The notes under the pieces are model-generated. The model was not told where the DNA came from and made no database searches. It was given only the letters and a program-made list of their open reading frames with translations. Source: Bacteroidota bacterium (GTDB lineage: Bacteria > Bacteroidota > Bacteroidia > Flavobacteriales_C > GCA-002722245). Taken from it: a DNA stretch of 64,000 nt. Below, in pieces: positions 19,286-28,922 of this stretch. The position numbers and the translations under genes are program-made. Every line of letters starts with the position of its first letter. The first letter of the stretch is position 1. Location of the stretch: contig JAPLEZ010000153.1 of assembly GCA_026390935.1 (NCBI GenBank), positions 73,984 through 137,983 on the forward strand, in the 5' to 3' direction.

Positions 19286-19977
19286 TGGAAGCCATTTCCC
19301 GTCATATTGTTAACCATGATTGGGTGTTGGGTATTTTGCTTTTGCTGCTGGCACTGATGGCTGTGATGGTATCATCATATAGGGCCTTGATTTATAAAAT
19401 TTTGATGGCCACTTTTTTTAAGCAGTATTACATTTTGTTGCAGCGGGAGGAAAATGAGATATATAGGAAGGTATCCATGTTTTTGAACTTTATTTCTTTC
19501 ATAAGCATTGCGTTGTTTTTTTATTTTCTCTTCGCAAAATATTCATGGAATCCAGTGCCACTTGGAGGATTTTATTTTTTTCTTTTGGTTTTTGCAATGG
19601 TGTTGCTAACTGTGTTTTTGCAGTATGGCTTGGTAAGTTTAACTGGCTGGATCTTCAAGTCGGAAAATGAAAGCAAAGAATACCAGTTTAACATCTTCCT
19701 TACCTATAAATTGTTTGGCATTTTCCTGATTCCCATTCTTTTTTTTATTCAGTACAGCGCTGGCAGTAGTCCATTTTTCTTCCTTAAAATTGGCTTGTTT
19801 CTACTTGCAGTGATAACGGTTAAAAGGTACTTCGTCGGGTTTCAGTTAGGATTTAGTATTACATCGTTTCCTAAAATCTATTCGTTTTTATATATTTGCA
19901 CTTTAGAACTGTTGCCGCTTGCGATCCTTTTTAAGGAGTATGAGGCAGAGTTTTTAATGAAAATACTAGGCATTTAA
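19285..19977 (+). CDS. DUF4271-like membrane protein
   Basis: Polytopic, with C-terminal FLYICTLELLP; located upstream of hemD as usual in Bacteroidota. Confidence 0.82.
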   Translation: MEAISRHIVNHDWVLGILLLLLALMAVMVSSYRALIYKILMATFFKQYYILLQREENEIYRKVSMFLNFISFISIALFFYFLFAKYSWNPVPLGGFYFFLLVFAMVLLTVFLQYGLVSLTGWIFKSENESKEYQFNIFLTYKLFGIFLIPILFFIQYSAGSSPFFFLKIGLFLLAVITVKRYFVGFQLGFSITSFPKIYSFLYICTLELLPLAILFKEYEAEFLMKILGI

Positions 19978-19987
19978 AATTGTATAG

Positions 19988-20734
19988 ATGAAAAAAGTGC
20001 AGAGCATACTGGTTTCACAGCATCCGGAAAACGACAATGCCAAAACACCTTATTCGGATCTGGCCGCGAAATACAAATTGAAAATTGATTTCCGTTCGTT
20101 TATTCAGGTACAAGGCGTGGATATCAAGGATTTCAGAAAGCAAAAAGTAAATATTCCCGAATATACTGCTGTTATTTTAACGAGTAAAAATGCGATAGAT
20201 TATTTCTTTCGTACCTGCGAAGAAATCCGACATACTGTGCCCGACACGATGAAGTATTTTTGCATGTCGGAAACAATAGCCAATTATTTGCAGAAGTACG
20301 TAGTGTACCGCAAAAGAAAGATATTCCATGGGAAACAGACCTTTGCTGATTTGATGGATTTGATCAAGAAGCATAAAACCGAAAAGTTTTTGTTGCCTTC
20401 TTCTGATATCTTGAAATCGGTTATTCCCGAATCATTGGAAAAAGCAGGCATTGATTACACTCGAGTGATATTGTACAATACGGTAGCAAGTGATCTTTCT
20501 GATCTTGAAAATGTATTTTACGACGTGTTGGTGTTTTACAGTCCGGCTGGAATTGAATCTCTTTTCAAAAACTTTCCTAAGTTCAAGCAAAAAGATACAT
20601 TGATTGCGGCTTTTGGAGAAAGCACGAAGAAGGCAGTGGAAAATGCCGGATTGAAATGCAATATCCCAGCGCCTCAGGTAGATGCGCCGTCAATGACCGG
20701 TGCTATTGAAAAGTACATCAAGCAAACTAAATGA
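19988..20734 (+). CDS. hemD: Uroporphyrinogen-III synthase
   Basis: ILVSQ, IDFRSFI.V, TSKNAID, FYSPAGI and PSMTGA motifs. Confidence 0.9.
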   Translation: MKKVQSILVSQHPENDNAKTPYSDLAAKYKLKIDFRSFIQVQGVDIKDFRKQKVNIPEYTAVILTSKNAIDYFFRTCEEIRHTVPDTMKYFCMSETIANYLQKYVVYRKRKIFHGKQTFADLMDLIKKHKTEKFLLPSSDILKSVIPESLEKAGIDYTRVILYNTVASDLSDLENVFYDVLVFYSPAGIESLFKNFPKFKQKDTLIAAFGESTKKAVENAGLKCNIPAPQVDAPSMTGAIEKYIKQTK

Positions 20735-20913
20735 CACATAAGATTTTTGAGAAAATCTGGTTGCTTATAGTGGCCCTATGCGCTATTATTTTTGTGTACA
20801 ATCTTATTCAAAAGGGTATTGGTGAAGCATATATTTGGTTAATTTGGATGGTGCTTTCACTATTGTTCTTCCTACGTCGAAGAAAAATCAGATTGAAATC
20901 CACGAAAGAATAG
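20731..20913 (+). CDS. Small two-TM hypothetical protein
   Basis: 60 aa; overlaps the hemD stop (ATGA) and ends 3 nt before the next gene. Confidence 0.7.
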   Translation: MTHKIFEKIWLLIVALCAIIFVYNLIQKGIGEAYIWLIWMVLSLLFFLRRRKIRLKSTKE

Positions 20914-20916
20914 TAA

Positions 20917-22173
20917 ATGGATACTTTTATAATCATTGGTCTCTCACTTCTTTTTTCTGCTATTTTTTCGGGAATGGAGATCGCTTTTGTGTCGGCCAAT
21001 AAAATGGAAATCGAGCTCGAAAGTAAGTCGGGATCAATGATAGCAGGCATCTGCTCCCGTTTTGTAAGTACTCCTTCACGTTTTTTGGCTACCATGCTCA
21101 TTGGAAATAATCTGGCCCTTGTTGTTTATAGTACCTACATGGAACAATTGCTGGAAGGTCCTGTTGAGGAATTGGTGACCAATGTTTTTCTGATTTTATT
21201 TTTTCAAACCATTATTTCTACCCTCATCATTTTGATTTTAGGGGAATATATTCCTAAAAACATTTTTCACTCCTCACCAATTAAGGCCCTAAAGGTTTTT
21301 GCACTAGTAGTGTATCCTGTTTATTTTTTATTGAAATGGGTGGTGGCCTTTACCATTTGGGTTTCCAGGATGTTTTTAAAAATATTTTTTAAGGTGGATG
21401 TGGAGGATGAACCACCAATTTTTGATCGTCTCGATTTAGAAAAGTATCTGGAGGATCGCACCCGTCAGTTGGATCATAGTGAGACAGTGGATCATGAAAT
21501 TCGAATTTATAAAAATGCACTGGATCTTTCCCGCATCAAAGCGCGTGAGTGTATGGTACCGCGCACCGAGTTGGTGGCGCTGGATGTGCAGGCGAGTATT
21601 CCTGTTTTGGTGAAAACCTTTACCGACACAGGCTTATCTAAAATTTTGATCTACCGTGGCTCCATCGACAACATCGTTGGTTTTGTGCATTCCATGGAGA
21701 TGTTCAAAAGACCAGCCGATATCAATTCCATGATTCTTCCGGTGTTTTATATACCCGAAACCATGCCTGCCGATCAGTTGCTTACTGCGTTTATTCAAAA
21801 GAAAAAAAGCATTGCCGTGGTGGTAGATGAATTTGGTGGGACTTCCGGAATGATTACTGTGGAAGATGTGATGGAAGAGATTTTTGGTGAAATTGAAGAT
21901 GAGCACGATACCCAAGAGATGATTGAGCAGCAAATTACTACAGAGGAATATTTGTTTTCAGCTCGCATTGAAATTGATTACATCAACCAGCATTATGGAT
22001 TGGAACTCCCTGTTTCCGATGCTTACGAAACCTTAGGCGGACTGATCTTTTCCATGCATGAAACCATTCCGCAAGATGGCGCTCACATACAAATCGGGCA
22101 ATTTGATTTCCTTATTGAAAAGGTGAGCAACACCCGTATTGAGCTCGTGAGGGTGTTTGTCCAGTCTAAATAG
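20917..22173 (+). CDS. HlyC/CorC (CNNM-CBS-CorC) family protein
   Basis: FSGMEIAF, LIGNN, GEYIPK, VVDEFGGTSG and EEIFGEIEDEHD motifs. Confidence 0.93.
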   Translation: MDTFIIIGLSLLFSAIFSGMEIAFVSANKMEIELESKSGSMIAGICSRFVSTPSRFLATMLIGNNLALVVYSTYMEQLLEGPVEELVTNVFLILFFQTIISTLIILILGEYIPKNIFHSSPIKALKVFALVVYPVYFLLKWVVAFTIWVSRMFLKIFFKVDVEDEPPIFDRLDLEKYLEDRTRQLDHSETVDHEIRIYKNALDLSRIKARECMVPRTELVALDVQASIPVLVKTFTDTGLSKILIYRGSIDNIVGFVHSMEMFKRPADINSMILPVFYIPETMPADQLLTAFIQKKKSIAVVVDEFGGTSGMITVEDVMEEIFGEIEDEHDTQEMIEQQITTEEYLFSARIEIDYINQHYGLELPVSDAYETLGGLIFSMHETIPQDGAHIQIGQFDFLIEKVSNTRIELVRVFVQSK

Positions 22174-22238
22174 CCCCAAATACCTATTTTTTCTTTCAAT
22201 TGAACTGTGTATATTCGTGCCTCTAAAAAAATTAGTCA

Positions 22239-24386
22239 ATGGCAATTATTCAAAAAATCAGAAACAGATCAGGCTTGATGTTAGTGGTAATCGGCGGCTG
22301 TTTGGTACTTTTTATACTCAATGATGCTTTGTCCAAAAGTGGCGGCATGAGCGACGGAGATCCAAATTCTGTTGGTGAAGTAGACGGAGTTAAAATTTCT
22401 CGTGAAGAGTACAACCAGTTTGTAACTAGCATGGAAAACAATGCGCAGCAACGCGGACAAACGCTTAGCGATTACAACAAACAACAATTCAATGAGCAGG
22501 CTTGGAACACTTTAGTGGATCTGGCTATCAGAGATGAGGAGTACGATGCCGTTGGTATTTCTTCCTCTGATGATGAAGTAACCGATATGTTTTTTCAAGA
22601 TCAGTACGTTCAGTATTTCTCTAGAAAACTAGGCGTTAAAGCCGAAGCGGAAACACTACGAGAAGCTATTAAGAATACCGACAATAAAGAAGTGCTTGCT
22701 GAAGTGGATTTGTACGAGCATGAAATTCGCCGTCAATTGAATTACATGAAATACCAACGTTTGGTACAAGCTGGTTTTATCCCAACTCAGGCTGAAGCAA
22801 AATATCAGTACGAGTTGAATACAATTACTAATGCTTTCAGAGTGGCGATGCTTCCTTATTCCACTGTTGTGGATTCAACCATCAAAGTGTCTGAAGATGA
22901 AATTAAAGAAGCTTATAACAAAGAGAAAGACAATTACAAACAAAAAGAAAGCAGAGATATTCGTTTTGTAGCTTTCAGAGTAGAAGCATCTGCTGCTGAT
23001 GAGGCAAAAGTTAGAGCCAAACTTGATGAAGTTAAAACCCGTTTCGCAGCTTTTAAAGGCAATGACGCTATTTTTGTGAATACAGAATCCGATGGAGCTA
23101 GCGCAGCAGAAAACACTTATTTCGCTAAAGGGAAAGGACTTCCTGCAATTATGGATAGTTCCTTCGCTGCTTTACAAGAGGGGCAAATTTTTGGACCATA
23201 CATGGAATTCAATGGTTCTAAAAAAGTGCTGAAATTGGCTAAGGTAAGTAAGGTGAAAATGTTGGCCGATTCTGTGAAAGTGAAACACATTCTTATTTCT
23301 GTAAGAGGCGCGGAAAACATCCCTGGAAGCGAAAACTTCCATTTGACCACTCAACAAAGAATGATGGATGTGACAGATTCACTGGAGAAAATATTGAAAA
23401 CAAAACCTGAGCTTTTTGACCAAATGGTGATGAAGCATTCTGACGATATTATGAGCGCCATTAAAGGTGGTGACATAGGATGGATAAGTAAAAGCTCACA
23501 ATATGAGGCTTTGTTTGATTCATGCATGCTGGCGAAAGAAGGAACAGTTGTGAAAGTGTTTTCCAACAGAGATGGTATGCACCTTGTGAAAATTGTTCAA
23601 CAAGGAACTCTGATGAAGAAAGTAAATGCTGGAATTATTTCCCGTGAATTGCGTCCGTCACAAGAAACCTTGAATCAATTGTATGTTACTGCCAACGATT
23701 TTTCAGATGCTTTGAAAGGTGGTAAAAATATTGACACCGTGGCTGCTGATCGTCATTTAACCGTTGCGCAACATGGTGGTTTAACTAGAAACGACTTATA
23801 TGTTAATGGTTTGGAAGGAGCAAGAGGAATTGTTAAATGGACTTTCAATGCTAACGTAGGTGAGGCTTCTTCTGTTTTTCAACTAAGCGAAAATTATGTT
23901 GTTGCTGTAGTTGAAAAAGAATTCAAAGAAGGAGTTAAGTCAATAGAGGACGTGAAAAAAGAACTTGAAGCGAAGTTGAATCTTGAGAAAAAAGGAGTGA
24001 TGCTTGCTGAAAAAATTAACGCAGCTTTAGCAAAGGGAGAAAATTTGGATCAATTGAAAGCTAAATTTCCTGAATTGATTTTAGATAGCATTCCAGCAAC
24101 ACCAATCGGTGGAAGTTTGGCTCAATTTGGTAATGAGCCTGACGTAATGGGAATGGCAGCTGCAATACCCGTGAATAAGCTTTCAAAAGCTATAGTTGGC
24201 AAGCAAGGTGTTTATGTGGTGTTGGTGCACAAGCGTGATGGGGGATCTTTCCATAAAATTAAAGATTACTCTCCTGAGCAAAATGATATAGCACAAAAAA
24301 CAAAGACTTTGGTAGAGCAGTTTATAAGTGAAGCACTTAAAACTGGCGTAGATATTGAAGATGGTCGCTTTGAAAAAATGGACTAA
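22239..24386 (+). CDS. PpiD/SurA-like peptidyl-prolyl isomerase/chaperone
   Basis: MAIIQKIR N-terminal anchor, VGEVDG, parvulin motifs HILIS and GGDIGW. Confidence 0.9.
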   Translation: MAIIQKIRNRSGLMLVVIGGCLVLFILNDALSKSGGMSDGDPNSVGEVDGVKISREEYNQFVTSMENNAQQRGQTLSDYNKQQFNEQAWNTLVDLAIRDEEYDAVGISSSDDEVTDMFFQDQYVQYFSRKLGVKAEAETLREAIKNTDNKEVLAEVDLYEHEIRRQLNYMKYQRLVQAGFIPTQAEAKYQYELNTITNAFRVAMLPYSTVVDSTIKVSEDEIKEAYNKEKDNYKQKESRDIRFVAFRVEASAADEAKVRAKLDEVKTRFAAFKGNDAIFVNTESDGASAAENTYFAKGKGLPAIMDSSFAALQEGQIFGPYMEFNGSKKVLKLAKVSKVKMLADSVKVKHILISVRGAENIPGSENFHLTTQQRMMDVTDSLEKILKTKPELFDQMVMKHSDDIMSAIKGGDIGWISKSSQYEALFDSCMLAKEGTVVKVFSNRDGMHLVKIVQQGTLMKKVNAGIISRELRPSQETLNQLYVTANDFSDALKGGKNIDTVAADRHLTVAQHGGLTRNDLYVNGLEGARGIVKWTFNANVGEASSVFQLSENYVVAVVEKEFKEGVKSIEDVKKELEAKLNLEKKGVMLAEKINAALAKGENLDQLKAKFPELILDSIPATPIGGSLAQFGNEPDVMGMAAAIPVNKLSKAIVGKQGVYVVLVHKRDGGSFHKIKDYSPEQNDIAQKTKTLVEQFISEALKTGVDIEDGRFEKMD

Positions 24387-24405
24387 TTAATAAAATAATG
24401 CATTC

Positions 24406-24441
24406 AAAAAGCCGCGAAAAGTACTTTCGCGGTTTTTTTTT
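24406..24441 (+). terminator. Rho-independent terminator
   Basis: gccgcgaaa-agtac-tttcgcggt stem followed by a T run. Confidence 0.85.
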
Positions 24442-24448
24442 GCATGCT

Positions 24449-24479
24449 CAGGCAGCGTTAAGTAAATTCATATTGTCTT
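24449..24479 (+). promoter_or_regulatory. Putative ECF promoter (autoregulatory copy) CAGGCAGCG-N9-TTCATATTGTCTT
   Basis: Same motif and spacing as 27651-27681 and 28868-28898; directly upstream of the ECF sigma gene. Confidence 0.75.
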
Positions 24480-24511
24480 GTTGTTATAGTAGTTTTATTT
24501 GCGCACTATAA

Positions 24512-25084
24512 ATGAACGAAAAGGAAGTAATAGAAGGTTGTATTAAGGGCAATGAAAGGGATTTTAAAACCTTTTACAGCCACTTCTATGGGAAAATGTT
24601 CCATGCCTGTGTGCGCTATGCAAAAGATAGAGAAGAGGCGAAGGATATCGTGCAGGAAGGATTTTTGAGGGTTTTTAAAAATTTGGATCAGTTTGATTTT
24701 AAAGGTTCTTTAGAAGGTTGGGTGCGAAGGGTGATGGTGAATTCGGCAATTAATCATTACAGGAAGCAAATGAAGGACATTATCAATTATATGGAAGACG
24801 ATAAAGTGGTGTATCTTGAAAAGCACGAGGAGGAGAGTTATGAGTCGCCCGAAAATATTTCCTCGGAGCAACTTTTGGCTATGGTTCAAAGTCTGACTCC
24901 CGTTTATCGCACCGTTTTTAATTTGAGTGTGATGGAAGGATTTTCTCACAAGGAGATTAGTGAATCTTTGGGAATTACTGAGAGTACCTCGCGATCAAAT
25001 TTGGCTAAGGCACGAATTAAATTACAAGAAATGGTGAATAAGCAGTTGGTGAAAATTAATACCCATGAAGCGCATGGAAAATAA
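24512..25084 (+). CDS. ECF sigma factor
   Basis: AKDIVQEGF, SLEGWVRR (region 2); GFSHKEIS.LGI..STSRSNL.KAR (region 4). Confidence 0.96.
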   Translation: MNEKEVIEGCIKGNERDFKTFYSHFYGKMFHACVRYAKDREEAKDIVQEGFLRVFKNLDQFDFKGSLEGWVRRVMVNSAINHYRKQMKDIINYMEDDKVVYLEKHEEESYESPENISSEQLLAMVQSLTPVYRTVFNLSVMEGFSHKEISESLGITESTSRSNLAKARIKLQEMVNKQLVKINTHEAHGK

Positions 25085-26513
25085 AATAGACGACTTATTT
25101 AAATCTGGTTTGAATAATCTTCCTGAAGAATTTCCTTCAGAGCAGGATTGGTCGGCACTTAAAAAAGAGCTGAACAATGCCGGATTGATAGATAAAAAGG
25201 ACAATAATAAAAGGAGATTTTTCTTTTGGATGTTCAGCGGATTGCTGATCACTGGCCTTGCTGCATTTGCTCTTTATAATAGCAATACAAAGAATGCTGA
25301 TGCAAAAAATGAGGTTGCAAAAGAGAACCTTGCTGTTGCGGAAATGCAATATTCAAAAGAGGAAAATTCAGCAAATGAAAGTGTGGAATCTGTAAAGGAA
25401 TTTCACGAAGCTGTGTCCAAAAATCATGAGCAGGTTGAAGTGCCCGTTGACAAAAAAGAAGAAAAGTCTACAGTGCATAAATCCTCAGTTTCTTCTGCTC
25501 CTACTGCATTAAAACAGAAATTTACTACTGTAAAAAATAACAATGAGTATTATGAGAAAAAAGATGCGGAGAGTACTTCTCCTGTTGAGCCGATAGCGCA
25601 AAATCCAGAGTCTAAAAATGAAGTTCAACGCGAAGATAATTCTGCTTCAAATTTTAATGAGGTTAAAGTTAATGAGCCTGCAGAAGAAATAGTTGTTTCG
25701 GAAAATGTAAATAATAGTAATCCCATCGCTGCTGATACTGCATTTGGTGCATTGGTATCATTGGGCGATTCTTCAGTTGTTGTTGCAAAATTGGATACTC
25801 CTGCAGTTGATATTGAAAAAGATGATAAGGTTGTTGATGACGTTTTATATCGTAAATTTTGGGGTGGAGGAATGCTTTCTTTGGATTATGATAATTACAA
25901 TGTAAAGGCTGCAAATGACCAAGGTTCATATTTGTTGCATTCTTATGAAAGTGGGAATCAAGGAGCTTTAAAATACAGTGCCGGACTTTCTTTCGGTTAT
26001 CGTTCTAGTAAATGGTTTGCTGTTTCTGCGGATGTTTTGTACTCGCAAAAGAAGGTGGTTGATGAACATTTTGAAGCACCTGCAGATTCATTGACTTCTG
26101 ATGCCAATTTCAATCTCTATCATTACAATCTGCAAGCAAAATATTTGGATGTGATTGTGAAACCAAGAGTTTATGTGTGGCATAAAAAATTCTCAGCTTA
26201 CGTTTTTCCTGGCGTGGTAGCTTCGTTTAATTTGCCGGGGATGAAAGACAAAAGTTATTTCACTAAATCGCAAATTACTGCTGATGGTTATATACAAGAT
26301 AAAATCAATCTTGAGTTTTGGTCGGCAGGATTTTCATTGCTTGGTGGAGTAGGCGTTGAATACGATTTAAAAAATAATTGGAAAATTTCAGGAGAATTCT
26401 CTTATCGTCAGAGTTTAACTCCTGTAATTCAACATGCAACATACACAGGTATGCCATTGACGTTTTATTCCAATTCTGTTAATGCAAACGTGGGCATCTA
26501 TAAATATTTTTAA
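25065..26513 (+). CDS. Putative anti-sigma factor: cytoplasmic N-domain, TM helix, long disordered linker, C-terminal outer-membrane beta-barrel
   Basis: IDDLFK and PSEQDWSAL N-terminus; TM FFFWMFSGLLITGLAAFALY; E/K/S/N-rich linker; alternating beta-strands ending ANVGIYKYF; overlaps the sigma stop. Confidence 0.82.
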   Translation: MKRMENKIDDLFKSGLNNLPEEFPSEQDWSALKKELNNAGLIDKKDNNKRRFFFWMFSGLLITGLAAFALYNSNTKNADAKNEVAKENLAVAEMQYSKEENSANESVESVKEFHEAVSKNHEQVEVPVDKKEEKSTVHKSSVSSAPTALKQKFTTVKNNNEYYEKKDAESTSPVEPIAQNPESKNEVQREDNSASNFNEVKVNEPAEEIVVSENVNNSNPIAADTAFGALVSLGDSSVVVAKLDTPAVDIEKDDKVVDDVLYRKFWGGGMLSLDYDNYNVKAANDQGSYLLHSYESGNQGALKYSAGLSFGYRSSKWFAVSADVLYSQKKVVDEHFEAPADSLTSDANFNLYHYNLQAKYLDVIVKPRVYVWHKKFSAYVFPGVVASFNLPGMKDKSYFTKSQITADGYIQDKINLEFWSAGFSLLGGVGVEYDLKNNWKISGEFSYRQSLTPVIQHATYTGMPLTFYSNSVNANVGIYKYF

Positions 26514-27560
26514 ATGAGAAGTCTTGTTCTAATAGTTTTCGGTGTTTTGGTGTTGAGCATTTTTCCAGTGTCTTGCAAAAAAGATACGTTGGAAAGTACC
26601 ATCACAAAATCCGATACGACTGTGGTTCGCGAAAGACTGCATCAGTTTGAGCCCGAAACACAAACATTTGAAATTCCTTCAAATCAAGCAGCAATACTTA
26701 CTGGAAAAAATGGAGTAGTGATTCATGTTCCTGCCAATGCTTTTACCGATGATAAAGGAAATTTGATCAATGGAATTGTGAATATTGAACTTAAAGAAAT
26801 GCTCACATTGAGAGATCAAATCACCACTGGTTATCGTGCTTCATCACTTCATAAGACTTTAATATCAGGCGGTGCTTTTTTTCTAAATGCGCAAATCAAC
26901 GGACAGAAAGTTACGCTTGCCGATAGTCAGTTCATTAGTGTTGAAGTTCCTGCTTTAAAAGTGGACAGCACCATGAATGTTTTTATTGGAAATGAATTGG
27001 GTGTATTTAAAACTGCAACTTCCTTTGATTGGGTGCTTGCAGATGCTACTTTTAAAAAGCTCATTACTGATACGGCCGGTTGGGATACCATTACCAAGGC
27101 TTGGAAAATTGATTCATCATATGTAAATGCTTACGACCTGTCTTTTGGAGTAAATAAGTATATTTTGAAAATACACGATATGTTTAATTCTAACTTATAT
27201 AATGTTGATCGTTTTGCAAATCTTAATCCTGTTTTTTCAATATTGCCTTGCACTATAAATGCTGTCAGTGATGCAACTCAGGAAGTCATAGATTTTAACG
27301 TGCAAATTTTGTATAAGCAATATTCAAGTGTTGGTTGGGGTGAAACAATGGGGCTTGTTACCAATAACATTGTTGTTAATGTTGAGCAAGAGTGGGCCGC
27401 AGGTGAAGAAGTAATTGTGGTGGTAATTGGCGTTGGCAAAACAAGTAAGAAAAGTTATTTCGGTAAAACCGCTTTTAAAATTGCTGCCAATTCAAAACCT
27501 GTAATTGATATTGTTCCGATGAGCGACGAAGAGTTGTCGACTGCATTAGATAAGCTATAA
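26514..27560 (+). CDS. Surface lipoprotein of unknown function, paralog 1
   Basis: Lipobox PVSC-KKD; shared family motifs VPANAF.D..GN, LISGGAFF, KSYFGK and MSDEEL.TALD.L. Confidence 0.85.
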   Translation: MRSLVLIVFGVLVLSIFPVSCKKDTLESTITKSDTTVVRERLHQFEPETQTFEIPSNQAAILTGKNGVVIHVPANAFTDDKGNLINGIVNIELKEMLTLRDQITTGYRASSLHKTLISGGAFFLNAQINGQKVTLADSQFISVEVPALKVDSTMNVFIGNELGVFKTATSFDWVLADATFKKLITDTAGWDTITKAWKIDSSYVNAYDLSFGVNKYILKIHDMFNSNLYNVDRFANLNPVFSILPCTINAVSDATQEVIDFNVQILYKQYSSVGWGETMGLVTNNIVVNVEQEWAAGEEVIVVVIGVGKTSKKSYFGKTAFKIAANSKPVIDIVPMSDEELSTALDKL

Positions 27561-27584
27561 TTTTTTTTGTTTAGTTTTTTTTTT

Positions 27585-27617
27585 AACCTGCTTCACTTTT
27601 GTGAAGCAGGTTTTTTT
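27585..27617 (+). terminator. Rho-independent terminator (copy 1 of duplicated unit)
   Basis: aacctgcttcac-tttt-gtgaagcaggtt plus T run. Confidence 0.88.
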
Positions 27618-27650
27618 ATTTCTTAATTTTTTTTCAAAAAAGTTTTTTTT

Positions 27651-27681
27651 CAGGCAGCGACATTGATTTTCATTTTGTCTT
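27651..27681 (+). promoter_or_regulatory. Putative ECF promoter CAGGCAGCG-N9-TTCATTTTGTCTT
   Basis: Lies within 52 bp identical to 28861-28912; matches the motif upstream of the sigma gene. Confidence 0.78.
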
Positions 27682-27706
27682 ATAAGAAGATAAACTAAAC
27701 ATTAAA

Positions 27707-28786
27707 ATGGAAATTATGAATTACAAATCAACATCTATCAAAACTATGATGCTCGGGGCAATTGCCTTAAGTATTTTCGCTGCATCGTGCAAAAAAGATA
27801 CGCAAGAAATATCTAAAGCAGATGTAGAAGCGGTAGACAATCTTTTAAGCAAAATGGATCCTGAAATGCAATCGTTTACGATTGATGCATCCCAACCCCA
27901 AACCATTACCGGCACAGAAGGAACGGTAATTAATATTCCTGCCAATGCATTTGTTGATGCCAACGGAAATGCGGTAACGGGCAATGTTACTATTTCATTA
28001 AAAGAAATTCTAAGTCTGAAAGATCAAATTACTTCAGGTGCTTATGCTGTTTCAAATGGTGAGTTGTTGAAATCTGGCGGAGAATTTTTCTTCGAGGCAA
28101 CAGCCAATGGAGCAAAATTAAAATTGGCTATGAATCAATACATTACTTTCGATATTCCAGCTAGTGAAGTAGATTCTACAATGCAGGTGTTTATAGGGCA
28201 GGAAGTAAGCGACGATTCTACAGGATCAAATGTGAATTGGGTTCCTGCCGACACGTCCGAATACAAAACCGCTGTTTTGGATACTGTATGGAATCCAAAG
28301 GACACGATCTGGACAACCGATACTGCTTATCAGGCTACTTACCAGTTGTTTATGGGTTTGAATAGTTATACTATGAGGGTTTATGATATTTATAATACTT
28401 CTTACTACAATTGTGATCATTTTTACGGCTCCCCAAAATTGATTTCGGAGCTGCCTGTTACCATCACAAGTACCAACAAGGAACTAGACGAAGTAATTGA
28501 TTATAGGATTCAATTAGTTTATAAGCAATTGGGTAGTGTAGAAGGTGCTTATAGCTCTGAATTTGGGTATAATATGCAGATTTTTGATAATACATTTTCG
28601 GGCAACATTTATTCTTCTTGGTTAACAGATGAAGATGTAACCGTGATTGTGGTGGGTGTGGGAAGCAAATCTAAGAAAGCATACTTTGGTAAAACAAGCT
28701 TGAATATTAAATCTAATTCAAATCCTTCTATATCAATAAGTACGATAAGTGATGCTGAATTAGCGACAGCTTTGGATAATTTATAG
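27707..28786 (+). CDS. Surface lipoprotein of unknown function, paralog 2
   Basis: Lipobox AASC-KKD; same family motifs; alternative start ATG 27716. Confidence 0.87.
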   Translation: MEIMNYKSTSIKTMMLGAIALSIFAASCKKDTQEISKADVEAVDNLLSKMDPEMQSFTIDASQPQTITGTEGTVINIPANAFVDANGNAVTGNVTISLKEILSLKDQITSGAYAVSNGELLKSGGEFFFEATANGAKLKLAMNQYITFDIPASEVDSTMQVFIGQEVSDDSTGSNVNWVPADTSEYKTAVLDTVWNPKDTIWTTDTAYQATYQLFMGLNSYTMRVYDIYNTSYYNCDHFYGSPKLISELPVTITSTNKELDEVIDYRIQLVYKQLGSVEGAYSSEFGYNMQIFDNTFSGNIYSSWLTDEDVTVIVVGVGSKSKKAYFGKTSLNIKSNSNPSISISTISDAELATALDNL

Positions 28787-28810
28787 AGCCTATACTTTGA
28801 TTGTTTTTTT

Positions 28811-28841
28811 ACCTGCTTCATTTACTTGAAGCAGGTTTTTT
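28811..28841 (+). terminator. Rho-independent terminator (copy 2)
   Basis: acctgcttca-tttact-tgaagcaggt plus T run. Confidence 0.86.
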
Positions 28842-28867
28842 ATTTTTTTTCAAAAAAAACTTTTTTT

Positions 28868-28898
28868 CAGGCAGCGACATTGATTTTCATTTTGTCTT
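28868..28898 (+). promoter_or_regulatory. Putative ECF promoter CAGGCAGCG-N9-TTCATTTTGTCTT
   Basis: Identical to 27651-27681. Confidence 0.78.
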
Positions 28899-28922
28899 AT
28901 AAGAAGATAAACAACCTCTAAA

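Noticed and set aside
27561-28867. Phase variation through poly-T/poly-A tracts near the promoters
   Set aside because: The tracts lie in terminator tails or upstream of the -35, not in the spacer or CDS, and are common in AT-rich DNA.
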